From an uncultured virus (IMG/VR IMGVR_UViG_3300046468_001198) (taxonomy: Duplodnaviria > Heunggongvirae > Uroviricota > Caudoviricetes): 64,000 bases of DNA. Below are positions 17,923 through 27,832 of this stretch, in pieces (within the stretch, counting starts at the first letter, position 1; each line of letters opens with the position of its first letter). A program made the position numbers and the translations under genes. The DNA lies in the IMG/VR virus record IMGVR_UViG_3300046468_001198; one strand, written 5' to 3'. The notes under the pieces were generated by a model, which was not told the DNA's origin, did no database searches, and saw only the letters and a program-made list of their open reading frames with translations.

Positions 17923-19977
17923 CTACTTACTTGTAGCAATAAACACACCATTCCAATCAGACGGTAAATCTTGAGTTTTTTGGAACTCACAACGTTCAAT
18001 CCACATGTCATAATAGCCTTCCATCTTGCCATCAAAATGACGTTTTAATCTTTCGCAAATATATATTGCTTCATCAAACTTCTGTGATCTATATGCATCG
18101 TGCATACGCTCGTGCATTTCTTGACTTTTCTTTTGGGCGTGTGTTCCTTTAACATCAAGTACAGTGTATATACTTAATCCTACACTTTTACCTTTTACTT
18201 GCAAGTCATCTACCTTTAAGTAAAAGAAGTTGTCTTTAGTTTGTTGATAAGTTGCATCTCCAACTAAGAGTAGACATCCGTATTCTTTACATTTGCTTTC
18301 GATTCTTGCGGCGGTACTGACTGCGTCTCCAAGTACATCGTACGAATGTCTTGCGGTGCTACCCATTTCTCCAAGATAGCCCAGTCCTGTATTGATTCCC
18401 GCACCCATACCGACAGGTGGTCGTCCTTCTGCTGTAATTTTATCATTAAACTTCTCCACCGCTTTTAACATTAATAATCCTGTCTCCACTGCGGTTCGTG
18501 GATGATGAGGATCATCTATAGGTGCGTTGTGTATGTGCATACTAGCATCACCAATATACTTGATTATCATTCCGTCTGCGTCTAGCACCGGTTGTGTAAT
18601 CGCATCCATATAGCCATTCATTATTTTGGTAAGTCCTTTTACGTCATCACCAAATGATTCACCTAGTGGAGTAAAGCCACGCAAGTCTGAGAACAGTATG
18701 CTTACTTCTCGTTTCATACCGTCTTTAATAAGTGCCGGATTTTCCTGTAATAAGCGTACTACAGTAGGTGATGCGTATCCTGCGAACTGTTTCTTTATTG
18801 CTTGCTTTTCTAAGAATTCTCGTACAAATTTGATACCATATACTTGCAATGCAATTATTACAAATACTATAACAGGTGCTGTAACATCTAAAAGAAACTT
18901 TTCTGTTGTGTACGCATATATGCTGTAAGGTACAACTCCGCCTATCATTACAACTGTTGTAACAAGACCTAACCACATCCAACGGCTGAGTAGTATAAGC
19001 AATAACCCACCTATAGCTAGTGCTAACAGTTCTGCATCAGGTGCCCAATCAGGACGCTGTATATTTGTACCATTAAACATTGTACCTAGTACAGCCGCTT
19101 GTGTAGTTCCTGCATATTGTGCGCCTATTGCTGTTGGAACAGGGTTTGCTACACCTGTTGCTGTAACATCTACTATTACTATTGCACCTTGAAATGACAT
19201 TATACCATCTTCTTTATATAAGTCAGTTACGCTTATACGATTAGAACGTTGACTCCAGTCTATCCATACACGCCCTTCTGAGTCAGTAGGTATTGGACCA
19301 AAGTTTGGTATACGCATTTTTTCAATACCAAACTGATTAAGTTTAATTTGGAAATTAGGATCGCCTGCAATAACACGTAGAGTTTCTAATGCTAGGCTAG
19401 GATATAGTGTACCGTCTACGACAGCGACAGTTGGCATGCGTCTTACAACACCATCTATCTCCGGCTCAGTTGAAACGATTCCTGCCCCAACACTATTATT
19501 TTCAAGTTCTGGAATATTTGCAATAATACCGCCGTATGGTAATATGCGATCTAAAAACTGTGCTTGTAATATTGCGGCCCCAGGATTTATAGGTTCGTTC
19601 TTTGTTTTGTCGCTGGGACGACTTGCTAGTATAACTGGTAGCTGACTCATTGTTGTTGCAAGATCAGCGTCACCACCTAATCGGTCTGCTTCGGGCATCA
19701 TTATATTCCATACAACTAGCCCTGCTCCTTTGTCATATAAGTCAATAATAATGTTTGAGTATATGTGTCTTGGAAAAGGATATTGTCCAAACTTGTCTAT
19801 AGTAGCATCGTCAATTTCTGCTACAAAGATATTGTTTTGCGTTGGTTCTTGATTAATAATCAGTTGATCAAAGTAATTTAGTTTGATACTTTGCAAAAAA
19901 TTATTAGGATTTGCAAACGCATATACTAATACCCCTAGTGTTAATAATGCCCACCAAGGGCTTAGTAATCTTTTCAT
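17923..19977 (-). CDS. CHASE2-domain class III adenylate/guanylate cyclase
   Basis: N-terminal TM, CHASE2-like (GQYPFPR, DGVVRRMP), 3 TMs, FSDLRGFT, KYIGDA, LGDAVSTAARIES, VKGK. Confidence 0.93.
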   Translation of the reverse strand: MKRLLSPWWALLTLGVLVYAFANPNNFLQSIKLNYFDQLIINQEPTQNNIFVAEIDDATIDKFGQYPFPRHIYSNIIIDLYDKGAGLVVWNIMMPEADRLGGDADLATTMSQLPVILASRPSDKTKNEPINPGAAILQAQFLDRILPYGGIIANIPELENNSVGAGIVSTEPEIDGVVRRMPTVAVVDGTLYPSLALETLRVIAGDPNFQIKLNQFGIEKMRIPNFGPIPTDSEGRVWIDWSQRSNRISVTDLYKEDGIMSFQGAIVIVDVTATGVANPVPTAIGAQYAGTTQAAVLGTMFNGTNIQRPDWAPDAELLALAIGGLLLILLSRWMWLGLVTTVVMIGGVVPYSIYAYTTEKFLLDVTAPVIVFVIIALQVYGIKFVREFLEKQAIKKQFAGYASPTVVRLLQENPALIKDGMKREVSILFSDLRGFTPLGESFGDDVKGLTKIMNGYMDAITQPVLDADGMIIKYIGDASMHIHNAPIDDPHHPRTAVETGLLMLKAVEKFNDKITAEGRPPVGMGAGINTGLGYLGEMGSTARHSYDVLGDAVSTAARIESKCKEYGCLLLVGDATYQQTKDNFFYLKVDDLQVKGKSVGLSIYTVLDVKGTHAQKKSQEMHERMHDAYRSQKFDEAIYICERLKRHFDGKMEGYYDMWIERCEFQKTQDLPSDWNGVFIATSK

Positions 19978-20017
19978 TTTTAAATTCCTATTAACTTTTG
20001 TTTTATAACTCTATTTA

Positions 20018-20236
20018 TTAGTGATCGTATATGTATGGACCATCTTGAACCTTTACAGGCTTACAATATGCTGTAATTCTATGCTCTGCCGGTATTAGAT
20101 ACTTTGATCCGTAGTTACCATACTGTCTCGGTATACGTTTAGCATAATATTGACAAACATCAATACTTCTAAAATACATAGGGCTCGGTTGTATCTCACC
20201 ACCTAATAGTACTACTAGCATAAATGCGTGTATCAT
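20018..20236 (-). CDS. small exported hypothetical protein
   Basis: Hydrophobic N-terminus, two Cys. Confidence 0.7.
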   Translation of the reverse strand: MIHAFMLVVLLGGEIQPSPMYFRSIDVCQYYAKRIPRQYGNYGSKYLIPAEHRITAYCKPVKVQDGPYIYDH

Positions 20237-20454
20237 TTTTCTATGTTTCCTTGATGTTGTCTAAATTTTACTACTTCGCGCTGTTCAAGTTGAGCTTTGA
20301 ACATTTCTCTTACTTCTGAAGCATTGTTTGTAGCATTGAGAAACTCTATAATGCCGCTCCAAGCATTTCCTTTAAAAAGTAAATGATCTCCTTTGTAAAG
20401 TTTGCCGCGACCATAATCGTGTACGTATATGTAGTCTTGGTATTTGTATACCAT
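20233..20454 (-). CDS. hypothetical protein
   Basis: ORF chain. Confidence 0.7.
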   Translation of the reverse strand: MVYKYQDYIYVHDYGRGKLYKGDHLLFKGNAWSGIIEFLNATNNASEVREMFKAQLEQREVVKFRQHQGNIEK

Positions 20455-20457
20455 TAT

Positions 20458-20940
20458 CTATATCATGCCCCTCGCTTTTGCTACAAACCAAAATAACGCT
20501 AATACTCCTCCAACTAATATCAAAAGTCCTATAACAATGGCAGTTCCTTCAATAAATGCTCTTTGTCTTTCTTCTTGATCGTATATTGCTTTTTGTCTTT
20601 TCTTACGGATGTCTGCTTCTGTTTTTAGAAGTTCTTCCCAAGCACTTGGACCTCTAGTAAAACTAATAATCTGTTTCAGTTCTTCTCGCATATCTTGGGC
20701 TTTCTTTTTAGCCATAAAGATTTGCATTGCTTCTTCTTCAACACTACCTGCTTGGAAAAGTTTTTTGAATAGCGGAGGTTTTTTATTGAGTTCCTCTGCT
20801 TTTTTGATATCACTGACTGCTCCCATCCATCTTCCGAGATCGCCAGCCATTGATTCTATGTCACGTCCAACTGCAAAGCCTTGCTTTATTGTGTTGAACG
20901 CCGCGGTTGCTCCAGCAATCGCTGTAATTGGATCTATCAC
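20458..20940 (-). CDS. hypothetical protein with C-terminal TM
   Basis: MIDPITAIAGA...SVEEEAM...; C-terminal TM helix. Confidence 0.8.
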   Translation of the reverse strand: MIDPITAIAGATAAFNTIKQGFAVGRDIESMAGDLGRWMGAVSDIKKAEELNKKPPLFKKLFQAGSVEEEAMQIFMAKKKAQDMREELKQIISFTRGPSAWEELLKTEADIRKKRQKAIYDQEERQRAFIEGTAIVIGLLILVGGVLALFWFVAKARGMI

Positions 20941-20986
20941 TACGCCCTACTTTCTGACAGTATTGCCCTCTGTCAGTAGTATTTAT

Positions 20987-21703
20987 TTAGTTTTGCGTCA
21001 CAGTGACTGAACAACCATTGGCATTAGCGCATGTCTGTGAAATACCGTATGTGTTTAATCCTGTGTCTTGGTAACTACTACCAAGTTGATGAACAGTAAC
21101 AGTACTAGGGCCGCCTGCATTGGTTACGTCTATTGAAGCACTATTATTCATTGACCTTTGCCATAGTATTACACTGTTGTCATCACCAGTTACTTCAATC
21201 TCACTATATACTTCTCCATAACTATCGCTGTCAACCTTTACATAATTGTCATCGCCTGTAATCATAATATTAGTTTCTTTAGTACCGCCCCAATCTTGAT
21301 TACTATAATTGTGGCTTCCACTACTGTGGTTTGAAAAGAAGTTTTGTACTTTGTTGCGATCACCTATGATTCCAATGTTTGTTTCATTGATGTTATTATT
21401 GCCTGTTCCAGTAGCGTGTGCTACAACAACTTTATTATCGTTGCCAACTGTACCACTATTCACTATAGCATCGTCACTAGTAAATCCGTCTGCCCGACCG
21501 TGTGCGTTGCCGTTTACATCTTTACAATTTGAATCATTGCCGTTTGTACAATACTGGAAATAGTTGTTATCGCCATCTTGTATAACTTGCATTTCCAAGT
21601 TGTCACCTACTTGGTTGATATAAATGTCATTTGCCCTAGCGTTGTTTGATATTAATATTGTTGTTGCCAACGCCAAGCATATAATCGTATACTGCTTCAT
21701 CAC
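20987..21703 (-). CDS. curlin-like repeat protein
   Basis: Signal peptide, NDIYINQVGDNL, repeated GDDN/GNDN. Confidence 0.75.
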   Translation of the reverse strand: MMKQYTIICLALATTILISNNARANDIYINQVGDNLEMQVIQDGDNNYFQYCTNGNDSNCKDVNGNAHGRADGFTSDDAIVNSGTVGNDNKVVVAHATGTGNNNINETNIGIIGDRNKVQNFFSNHSSGSHNYSNQDWGGTKETNIMITGDDNYVKVDSDSYGEVYSEIEVTGDDNSVILWQRSMNNSASIDVTNAGGPSTVTVHQLGSSYQDTGLNTYGISQTCANANGCSVTVTQN

Positions 21704-22772
21704 CCTGCTCTATATTAAGTTTATATCCATACTCGTTGTGTAGATATATGTCTATTGTATTCTCTATACTAACATCCTGTCTGCGTATGTGCCACATCGG
21801 ATCTTCAAAATCTATAAACATGCCTGTATCTTCATCGTAGCCTAACGCTCTATCTTTAAAAAATTCTTCGTTTTGTTTTTGTAGCTCATCTTGAAAACTT
21901 TTTAATAAGGCCTTGTTTAACTCGTCAATCATATTTAGCAACTGTTCACGTAGATAATAGTCAGCACCTCTATCTAACTCTGTTACCCATATGTCTTTGA
22001 TGCTGTCTACAAGTTCATCTTGTTCTAATTCGTCAAACTTTAAAAAATCAAAACTTAATATGTCTGTTTTTCTTTGTTCTAGATATACTTTTTCTTGTGC
22101 TGTAGTAATAGGATCTTTGCGTCTTACTATAAGCATACCTGTAATCTGTGGTTCGGTAAGGTCAACAATAACAGGAGGACTAGGACGCTGGCTGTAACTA
22201 TTAACACGAGTCATTTGAAATGCTTGATTCATAATAACATAGCCGCCGTCATTTTCTACTTTAATTTCTCCGGTTACACATTCGAGCTCGTTGCCCATTC
22301 CGTCATATTCGCAACTAGGTAGTAATGTTACATAACTTTCGCCAATTTCATTTACAATCATAGCAAAGTCTGTGCCACGTACAGAAATAGTTGCTGTTGG
22401 AGTTCTTAATCTTACTTGCTGTCTTGAGTTTTTGGCAATCTGTCCACTAGCATATCGAACAGCACCAATGCTTGCTCTAATATCTAGTTTCCCTGTGCCT
22501 GTAGCAGGATCGTATATAAATTCGTCAATAACTACTCTGCTATGATCAACAACATCTAATCGTGTGTCATCAACAAAGTCAATACGCATCCTGCCCTTTT
22601 CTGTAATTGCTTCGTCCATTTGTTCAACAGACGTGCCTGTGTCGTTGCCTATTATATCCTTGTCACGTTTTATCTGTCCAACTCCGTTAAGTTCTGTTAC
22701 GGTGCCTATTTGGGCATTCGCCAACGTTGAACTAGCCAGAAAAACGGATAAAACGAGAATTAGTATTTTCAT
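21636..22772 (-). CDS. FecR-domain protein
   Basis: Signal peptide; RIDFVDDT...IDEFIYDP...TPTATISVRGTDF. Confidence 0.88.
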   Translation of the reverse strand: MKILILVLSVFLASSTLANAQIGTVTELNGVGQIKRDKDIIGNDTGTSVEQMDEAITEKGRMRIDFVDDTRLDVVDHSRVVIDEFIYDPATGTGKLDIRASIGAVRYASGQIAKNSRQQVRLRTPTATISVRGTDFAMIVNEIGESYVTLLPSCEYDGMGNELECVTGEIKVENDGGYVIMNQAFQMTRVNSYSQRPSPPVIVDLTEPQITGMLIVRRKDPITTAQEKVYLEQRKTDILSFDFLKFDELEQDELVDSIKDIWVTELDRGADYYLREQLLNMIDELNKALLKSFQDELQKQNEEFFKDRALGYDEDTGMFIDFEDPMWHIRRQDVSIENTIDIYLHNEYGYKLNIEQGDEAVYDYMLGVGNNNINIKQR

Positions 22773-22773
22773 A

Positions 22774-23526
22774 CTAATCGCTCTGCGTAATGTCTACTGT
22801 ACTACCTTCAGTTGTAAAAGTTGCATCAATTACGTTATCGCCTGTGCCGCTTTGTGTAATAGTGAATACATTACCTCCACCTGTGACTGTTAAGTCTATC
22901 AAGTGTCCGTTTGCATCACCAGCACCATCTACGTCTATATCAATAATGTTACCTGCATTAGTTGAACTTAAGGTATTGTCAGTTGCACTAGTAGCACCAC
23001 CAGAGTGTAAACTAGTACTGTTGTTTACTACAACGGTTACAGTTGAATCTATACCATCTATATCAGCATCAACTACGTTGTCGTCGCCAGTAACAGTAAA
23101 TGTTACATCAGCCCCTTCAGCGTCTGAGTTTTCGCCTATATAAAATTTAAAAGTATTGTCATCACCTGTAGTAGTAATATCAAGATCAACAGATTCACAG
23201 TTGCCTGCACCTGCGGTACCTAGACTGTCACATTTAAAATCTACTACGTTTGTGTTACCAGTAAATACCCATGTACCAGTATATGAATCACCATTAATAA
23301 CTGCCGCAATATCATTGCTGTCGCCCGTTTGTGTAATTGAGAACACCATGCCGTCACCTGCTAGTGAAACACCGGTAGTGCTATCACCAAACTGGTTATC
23401 AGACCCGTCTTGTGTAATGTCTAAATCTAAATTATCACCTACTTGTGTAATATAGATATCATTCGCCAGAGCCGGAGTCGTCATTAGCAGTGTCATCAAC
23501 GACAATGTTAACATCTTTAACTTCAT
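22774..23526 (-). CDS. curlin-like repeat protein (CsgA/B-like)
   Basis: Signal peptide, NDIYITQVGDNL, ITQ.G..N and TGDDN repeats. Confidence 0.78.
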   Translation of the reverse strand: MKLKMLTLSLMTLLMTTPALANDIYITQVGDNLDLDITQDGSDNQFGDSTTGVSLAGDGMVFSITQTGDSNDIAAVINGDSYTGTWVFTGNTNVVDFKCDSLGTAGAGNCESVDLDITTTGDDNTFKFYIGENSDAEGADVTFTVTGDDNVVDADIDGIDSTVTVVVNNSTSLHSGGATSATDNTLSSTNAGNIIDIDVDGAGDANGHLIDLTVTGGGNVFTITQSGTGDNVIDATFTTEGSTVDITQSD

Positions 23527-24466
23527 TATTATCCCTCATTTGGTTGTTATCTTTAGCCGTTGCCGGATAACACATATCAGTTGCATCACAATACAATCTT
23601 TGATCTGGCCATTTTTCTAATGCTTCGCTTAGTTTTAATGGTCTAGTTGCAGGTAATGTTCCTGTGTATGTTCTATCTTTAAACTTCCAAAGTCCCTTTT
23701 TTTCTCCTTCGTAAACTAACTCAACTACTGCCTGCTCGATGGCAGCCCTTGTAGCGTAGTTTACCGGTTCGTTAACTGAAAATCCTATCTCAGTTTCTAA
23801 CAATCTAGTCCCCATATCTAGGAACTTAAATATGTCCGCTCCGGACTGATGGCTTGCAATCGTTTTTTCAGTTGCTATGCTTAAAAGCACCTTCCCCGTA
23901 CTTACACTAACAATTCTTAATGCTATAGTAACGGTATCTATTCTGTATTGAGTTTGAGAACCAACGCCTAGCCATCTTGCGCCTGCACCTCCAACAGCAA
24001 CATTGCTGTCATACCCAATTATGCCTCCCTCTAAAATAAGCCCTGCGAATAACAACGGCTGTAAATTAGTAGCTTCTTTGCCTTCGTACTGCTCACGTGT
24101 TTGTCGAATAAGTTGTCTTTCTTTAATGAGATTATCCATCCCTACTCGTTCAACTACTTCGAACCACCCTTCGTTTCCTATATCTTGCAGAGCTTTGATT
24201 ACCCAAACTTCACCACCTTGTGTTACTGCTGAACTCAAATTTGATACAGCATCGCTTGGTTTTCGCTGTCCTGTTTTATCACTAAAACTATAAACAGCTA
24301 TTGTAATCTTGGGTCCATCAATTACAGGTACATCTTCTAATCGTTCTGCGATTGGTGATTCCTGTACTACAGGTGACGTCTCTGAATCTCTTAACGTTTG
24401 TAAACTAGGATTCATAGCACACCCGCCTAGCAATGCTAGTGATAATAGGGCAATGAGTACTTTCAT
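23459..24466 (-). CDS. csgG: curli secretion channel CsgG
   Basis: Lipobox LGGC; AVYSFSDKTGQRKP, SAVTQG, WFEVVER, LIKERQLIR, EGGIIGYDSN. Confidence 0.93.
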   Translation of the reverse strand: MKVLIALLSLALLGGCAMNPSLQTLRDSETSPVVQESPIAERLEDVPVIDGPKITIAVYSFSDKTGQRKPSDAVSNLSSAVTQGGEVWVIKALQDIGNEGWFEVVERVGMDNLIKERQLIRQTREQYEGKEATNLQPLLFAGLILEGGIIGYDSNVAVGGAGARWLGVGSQTQYRIDTVTIALRIVSVSTGKVLLSIATEKTIASHQSGADIFKFLDMGTRLLETEIGFSVNEPVNYATRAAIEQAVVELVYEGEKKGLWKFKDRTYTGTLPATRPLKLSEALEKWPDQRLYCDATDMCYPATAKDNNQMRDNNEVKDVNIVVDDTANDDSGSGE

Positions 24467-24467
24467 G

Positions 24468-24926
24468 TTAAAAGCTAAAATCTCCATCTGCCGGTATTGC
24501 TATCTCTGTTACTGTACCGTCTTCACCTACAATAGTCAAAGTTATCATCCCGTCTGCTTTTATCCAAGTTATTGTTGAACCTTCAATCTCTGCTGTGCCT
24601 GTGTTAGAACACGTATCTGTACAATCTGCAAACATTGCATCAACCATCTGTTTGGATATTTGTGCATATATTCTACTCTCTACGTTCTTTAAAAACTTAT
24701 TAAGAGTACTGTTTTCTAGTTCGCGTTCTATTCTTCTTGCCTCTGCTTCTGCCTCTTTTTCAATGTCTTGCTTGCGATTAAACTGTAGCTGTTCAGCACT
24801 TAATACGTGCGATGAATAGCCTTGTCCACTAAAACTAGGATTTTTGAAACCCCAATTTAGTTCGCTAGCCGCAATGTTGGGAGCAAAGGTAATAAATATA
24901 GCCGCTAATAATAATAATCTTTTCAT
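24468..24926 (-). CDS. csgF: curli assembly protein CsgF
   Basis: Signal peptide + ASELNWGFKNPSFSG. Confidence 0.88.
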   Translation of the reverse strand: MKRLLLLAAIFITFAPNIAASELNWGFKNPSFSGQGYSSHVLSAEQLQFNRKQDIEKEAEAEARRIERELENSTLNKFLKNVESRIYAQISKQMVDAMFADCTDTCSNTGTAEIEGSTITWIKADGMITLTIVGEDGTVTEIAIPADGDFSF

Positions 24927-25043
24927 AAGATCCTCCGTTTGTATTTATTATTCTGTGCCCTGCGTTTGTATTTAGCGTTAAGTGTAAATATTTTTACACC
25001 TACATAATAACTACACCAAAAATTATACAGTAATAAATACAAT

Positions 25044-25304
25044 ATGAATGATTTAGAAACTCAAAAATACCGAGAAGAACAAGAAGCACTTTGGAACATA
25101 TGCGGAGAACTTGCCGAATATCACGAGCAACTTAAATTTGAAACTGCATTACCTGATGAAGTTGAAATGCTTGAACGTGATAGAATTAGTGATGCACTTG
25201 CAAGATCTGAAGGCAATCAAACTAAGGCTGCCAAACTATTAAAGATAGGCAGAACCAATTTAATTGCTAAAATGAAAAAGTACGGATTTCCTAGCGTTAC
25301 TTGA
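25044..25304 (+). CDS. stand-alone Fis-type HTH protein
   Basis: ALARSEGNQTKAAKLLKIGRTNLIAKMKKY. Confidence 0.85.
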   Translation: MNDLETQKYREEQEALWNICGELAEYHEQLKFETALPDEVEMLERDRISDALARSEGNQTKAAKLLKIGRTNLIAKMKKYGFPSVT

Positions 25305-25383
25305 ACATATCATAGAACATCCAAAGCAATCCTACAAACGGGATAGTTAAACCAATTACTATAATCATTATTAATAGTTCCAT
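25297..25383 (-). CDS. 28-aa single-TM microprotein
   Basis: MELLIMIIVIGLTIPFVGLLWMFYDMFK with AAGGAG SD. Confidence 0.55.
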   Translation of the reverse strand: MELLIMIIVIGLTIPFVGLLWMFYDMFK

Positions 25384-25463
25384 AGAGTTTCTCCTTTGTA
25401 CTAATATAGCATTAGAGTCGTGAGAATACAACCTAGCAAAAGTATGGGTTTAGATATAAAAAG

Positions 25464-27116
25464 TTAGGAAGCTATATAACCTGGAGTAGGTGTTTGTTGA
25501 TCGTCATTCCAGTTAAATCCACCGCCAGTAATAATACTGTCGCTGTTCATTTGATCAACTAGTTCGTCTGCGTTTCTAAATATAGTGTACTCTAAGTTAT
25601 CAGTTCTTAGAAGCATAACAGTTGTAATACCATCTGCTAAGTGATAACTTGCATATGCAATTTTAGAATACGCAATATTCATTTTCTTCATATCAACTGT
25701 GCCGTCATCGTTGATAGCGGCTTCAATCAAGTCACCTGGATTAAATGGCTTGTGATGTGAATTACCTTGTTGTGGTTTACTTAGTTTGTCATAGTTCTGT
25801 ACAAGAGCTCGTATAGTAGATTCAAACAAGTCAAACGTTTGTCGTAAGTTTGAGTAAGGTTGTAATACTTCAATGTTTAGAGCTTTAAAGCCTGATGCAT
25901 TCCAATTGTACTTGCTACCTTCTTTGGCTTTGCCTTTGATTACATTGTGTCTGTTACCATTGTACTCACGTGCAGGAATAAGTTTTTCTGAACCATCTTT
26001 TTGTGTAACTGATATAGTTGCATCTTCTGGTGCTTGAGTCATTATGTCGTTAATCTTTTGAGCCCAAGTTTGCCAACCTGTAGTTGCTTTAGCAATAGCT
26101 TTACTGTTAAAGCGTCCACCTGTTTTTGCACTCGCTTTGATTTCAACTTCTTCGTCACCAATCTTCAAGTCGCCCTTCTTGCCTTTTTCAGCAGGGTTAC
26201 CCATCATTGACAGAGCCATTTCGCCTGGACCAATAGCACCTGATGTTGTGCCTGGCGCATAACTAAAGATGTTTTCTTCTACAAATACATCAAACACTTT
26301 TTGATATTTTGGATTAACATGATCTTTAATATTACCTTGGCTTGTGCCAATAACTTGTAGCATGTTAATTACATCGCCACGTACACATGCTTCTAAAAAT
26401 TCTTTTATTTCTTGTCCAGTAACATCACTGCCTTCTTGCATGTCAAGTATTTTACCAAACAGAGCTTGCTTTAGTGTTTTAGTAAACTTCTCTGCATTAA
26501 CAGCCATCTTTTTAAATGATGCTCTATCTTTGGCTGTCATTGATTCTGTATCAGTGTCTTCTTGGAAGCCTTGTACCTTGTTACCTAGTGTTACAAGTAC
26601 TCCTGTAACTTCTTTAACAAAGTTAATTGCTTCGTCACGTTCGCTACGTGCTGTATCACGTGAAGCAGTTATTCTTTCTGATGCTTGTGTAAGTTTATCT
26701 AGTGTTTCATTTAGACTTGCTAAGAAACTTGCTTTGATACTGTCATCAATGTTACTTGATTCAATTGCGGCAATGTCAGCTTTTAGTTTTGCAAGTGCCG
26801 CTTGTGCTTCTTGATCTTCACTGTTTACTTCTGCTACTGCTTCTTCTACTGTAGCATTTGGATCGTTAGGCTGTGCTTGTGGTTGTGCTTGTTGAGTAGG
26901 TTGAGTTTGCTTTATATTCTTAGCAACAAAATCTCCAACCTTTGAAGCAAGATTTTGTAAGTTAGATAAAATGCTTGCTTTCAACTGTGGATCCATTGCA
27001 GGTACAGCATCACTAATAGCTTCAATATCATGAATGGCATGTTGAGCTTCAAGCCCAGCATTAGCCGTTTCGTATAATTTTTTTGATTCTACTAGTTTAA
27101 AGTCATTGAAACGCAT
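25464..27116 (-). CDS. coiled-coil protein with C-terminal PD-(D/E)xK-like domain; possible internal virion protein
   Basis: GPGE...GDLKIGDEEVEIKA; N-terminus MRFNDFKLVE; TAAATA upstream. Confidence 0.6.
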   Translation of the reverse strand: MRFNDFKLVESKKLYETANAGLEAQHAIHDIEAISDAVPAMDPQLKASILSNLQNLASKVGDFVAKNIKQTQPTQQAQPQAQPNDPNATVEEAVAEVNSEDQEAQAALAKLKADIAAIESSNIDDSIKASFLASLNETLDKLTQASERITASRDTARSERDEAINFVKEVTGVLVTLGNKVQGFQEDTDTESMTAKDRASFKKMAVNAEKFTKTLKQALFGKILDMQEGSDVTGQEIKEFLEACVRGDVINMLQVIGTSQGNIKDHVNPKYQKVFDVFVEENIFSYAPGTTSGAIGPGEMALSMMGNPAEKGKKGDLKIGDEEVEIKASAKTGGRFNSKAIAKATTGWQTWAQKINDIMTQAPEDATISVTQKDGSEKLIPAREYNGNRHNVIKGKAKEGSKYNWNASGFKALNIEVLQPYSNLRQTFDLFESTIRALVQNYDKLSKPQQGNSHHKPFNPGDLIEAAINDDGTVDMKKMNIAYSKIAYASYHLADGITTVMLLRTDNLEYTIFRNADELVDQMNSDSIITGGGFNWNDDQQTPTPGYIAS

Positions 27117-27139
27117 TTTATCTACTCCCGTTAATGTAT

Positions 27140-27832
27140 TTATGCAAGTTTAGGAAACAACATGTCTGTGCAGAACTTGTCTACATCATCTTCGTTGAGA
27201 CCTAATGACTTCATTACATTAGGAGTATGCGGATTCTGTTGCTGGTTATGACAGTAATAGTCTTGACTTGCGGCAACTATTGCTCTATCGCCTTCGCCTT
27301 TTGATAATCCTACTTCATCAAAGTATGCTCGCAAGTTATCTAGTGCAATACGAATAATTTCTGTTGCTTCTTCGTCTGTGTTTACATTACTAGCGGCAAG
27401 CATTTTTTCTGTAAAAATATTTGTAGCCCATTCTGGTAGTTCACGTCTTTTCTTAGGAACAAAATGTTCTACACTTTCAAAGTAACCTTGTATCATAGGA
27501 TGATTAGGATCAGCACTTGCACTAAAGTCGTGGAAGGCTCCAGTCATTTTGTTCTTGCCGGCAATGACATCAAAGCCGTAAATAGGTGCTGGATTGTCTA
27601 GTGTTGGAAAGATGCATACATGCATCATCCACAAGCCTTTAGACTCACGTGCATCGACTACATCAATGTGAGCTCGTCTAACATTATCATTAGCCCAAAC
27701 GCGGTTAACCCAACCACCATCGGGGCGGTTAAAATAATCAAGTCCGGGTTCATTAATTTCTTTAGCTTGCTCGTCAAAGATTGAAATAATCTCATTTTGA
27801 CATTCAATTAGTTTGTTCCATATAAGGCTCAA
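27140..27832 (-). CDS. pcyX: ferredoxin-dependent bilin reductase (PcyX/PcyA-like)
   Basis: RRAHIDVVD, MHVCIFP, PIYGFDVIAG, AFHDFS, RELPEWATNIF, YCHNQQQNPHT. Confidence 0.85.
   Translation of the reverse strand: MSLIWNKLIECQNEIISIFDEQAKEINEPGLDYFNRPDGGWVNRVWANDNVRRAHIDVVDARESKGLWMMHVCIFPTLDNPAPIYGFDVIAGKNKMTGAFHDFSASADPNHPMIQGYFESVEHFVPKKRRELPEWATNIFTEKMLAASNVNTDEEATEIIRIALDNLRAYFDEVGLSKGEGDRAIVAASQDYYCHNQQQNPHTPNVMKSLGLNEDDVDKFCTDMLFPKLA

Noticed and set aside
17742..17936. 64-aa plus-strand ORF after the YvrJ-like pair
   Set aside because: Overlaps both neighbours and start is unclear; a shorter TM peptide is possible but unsupported
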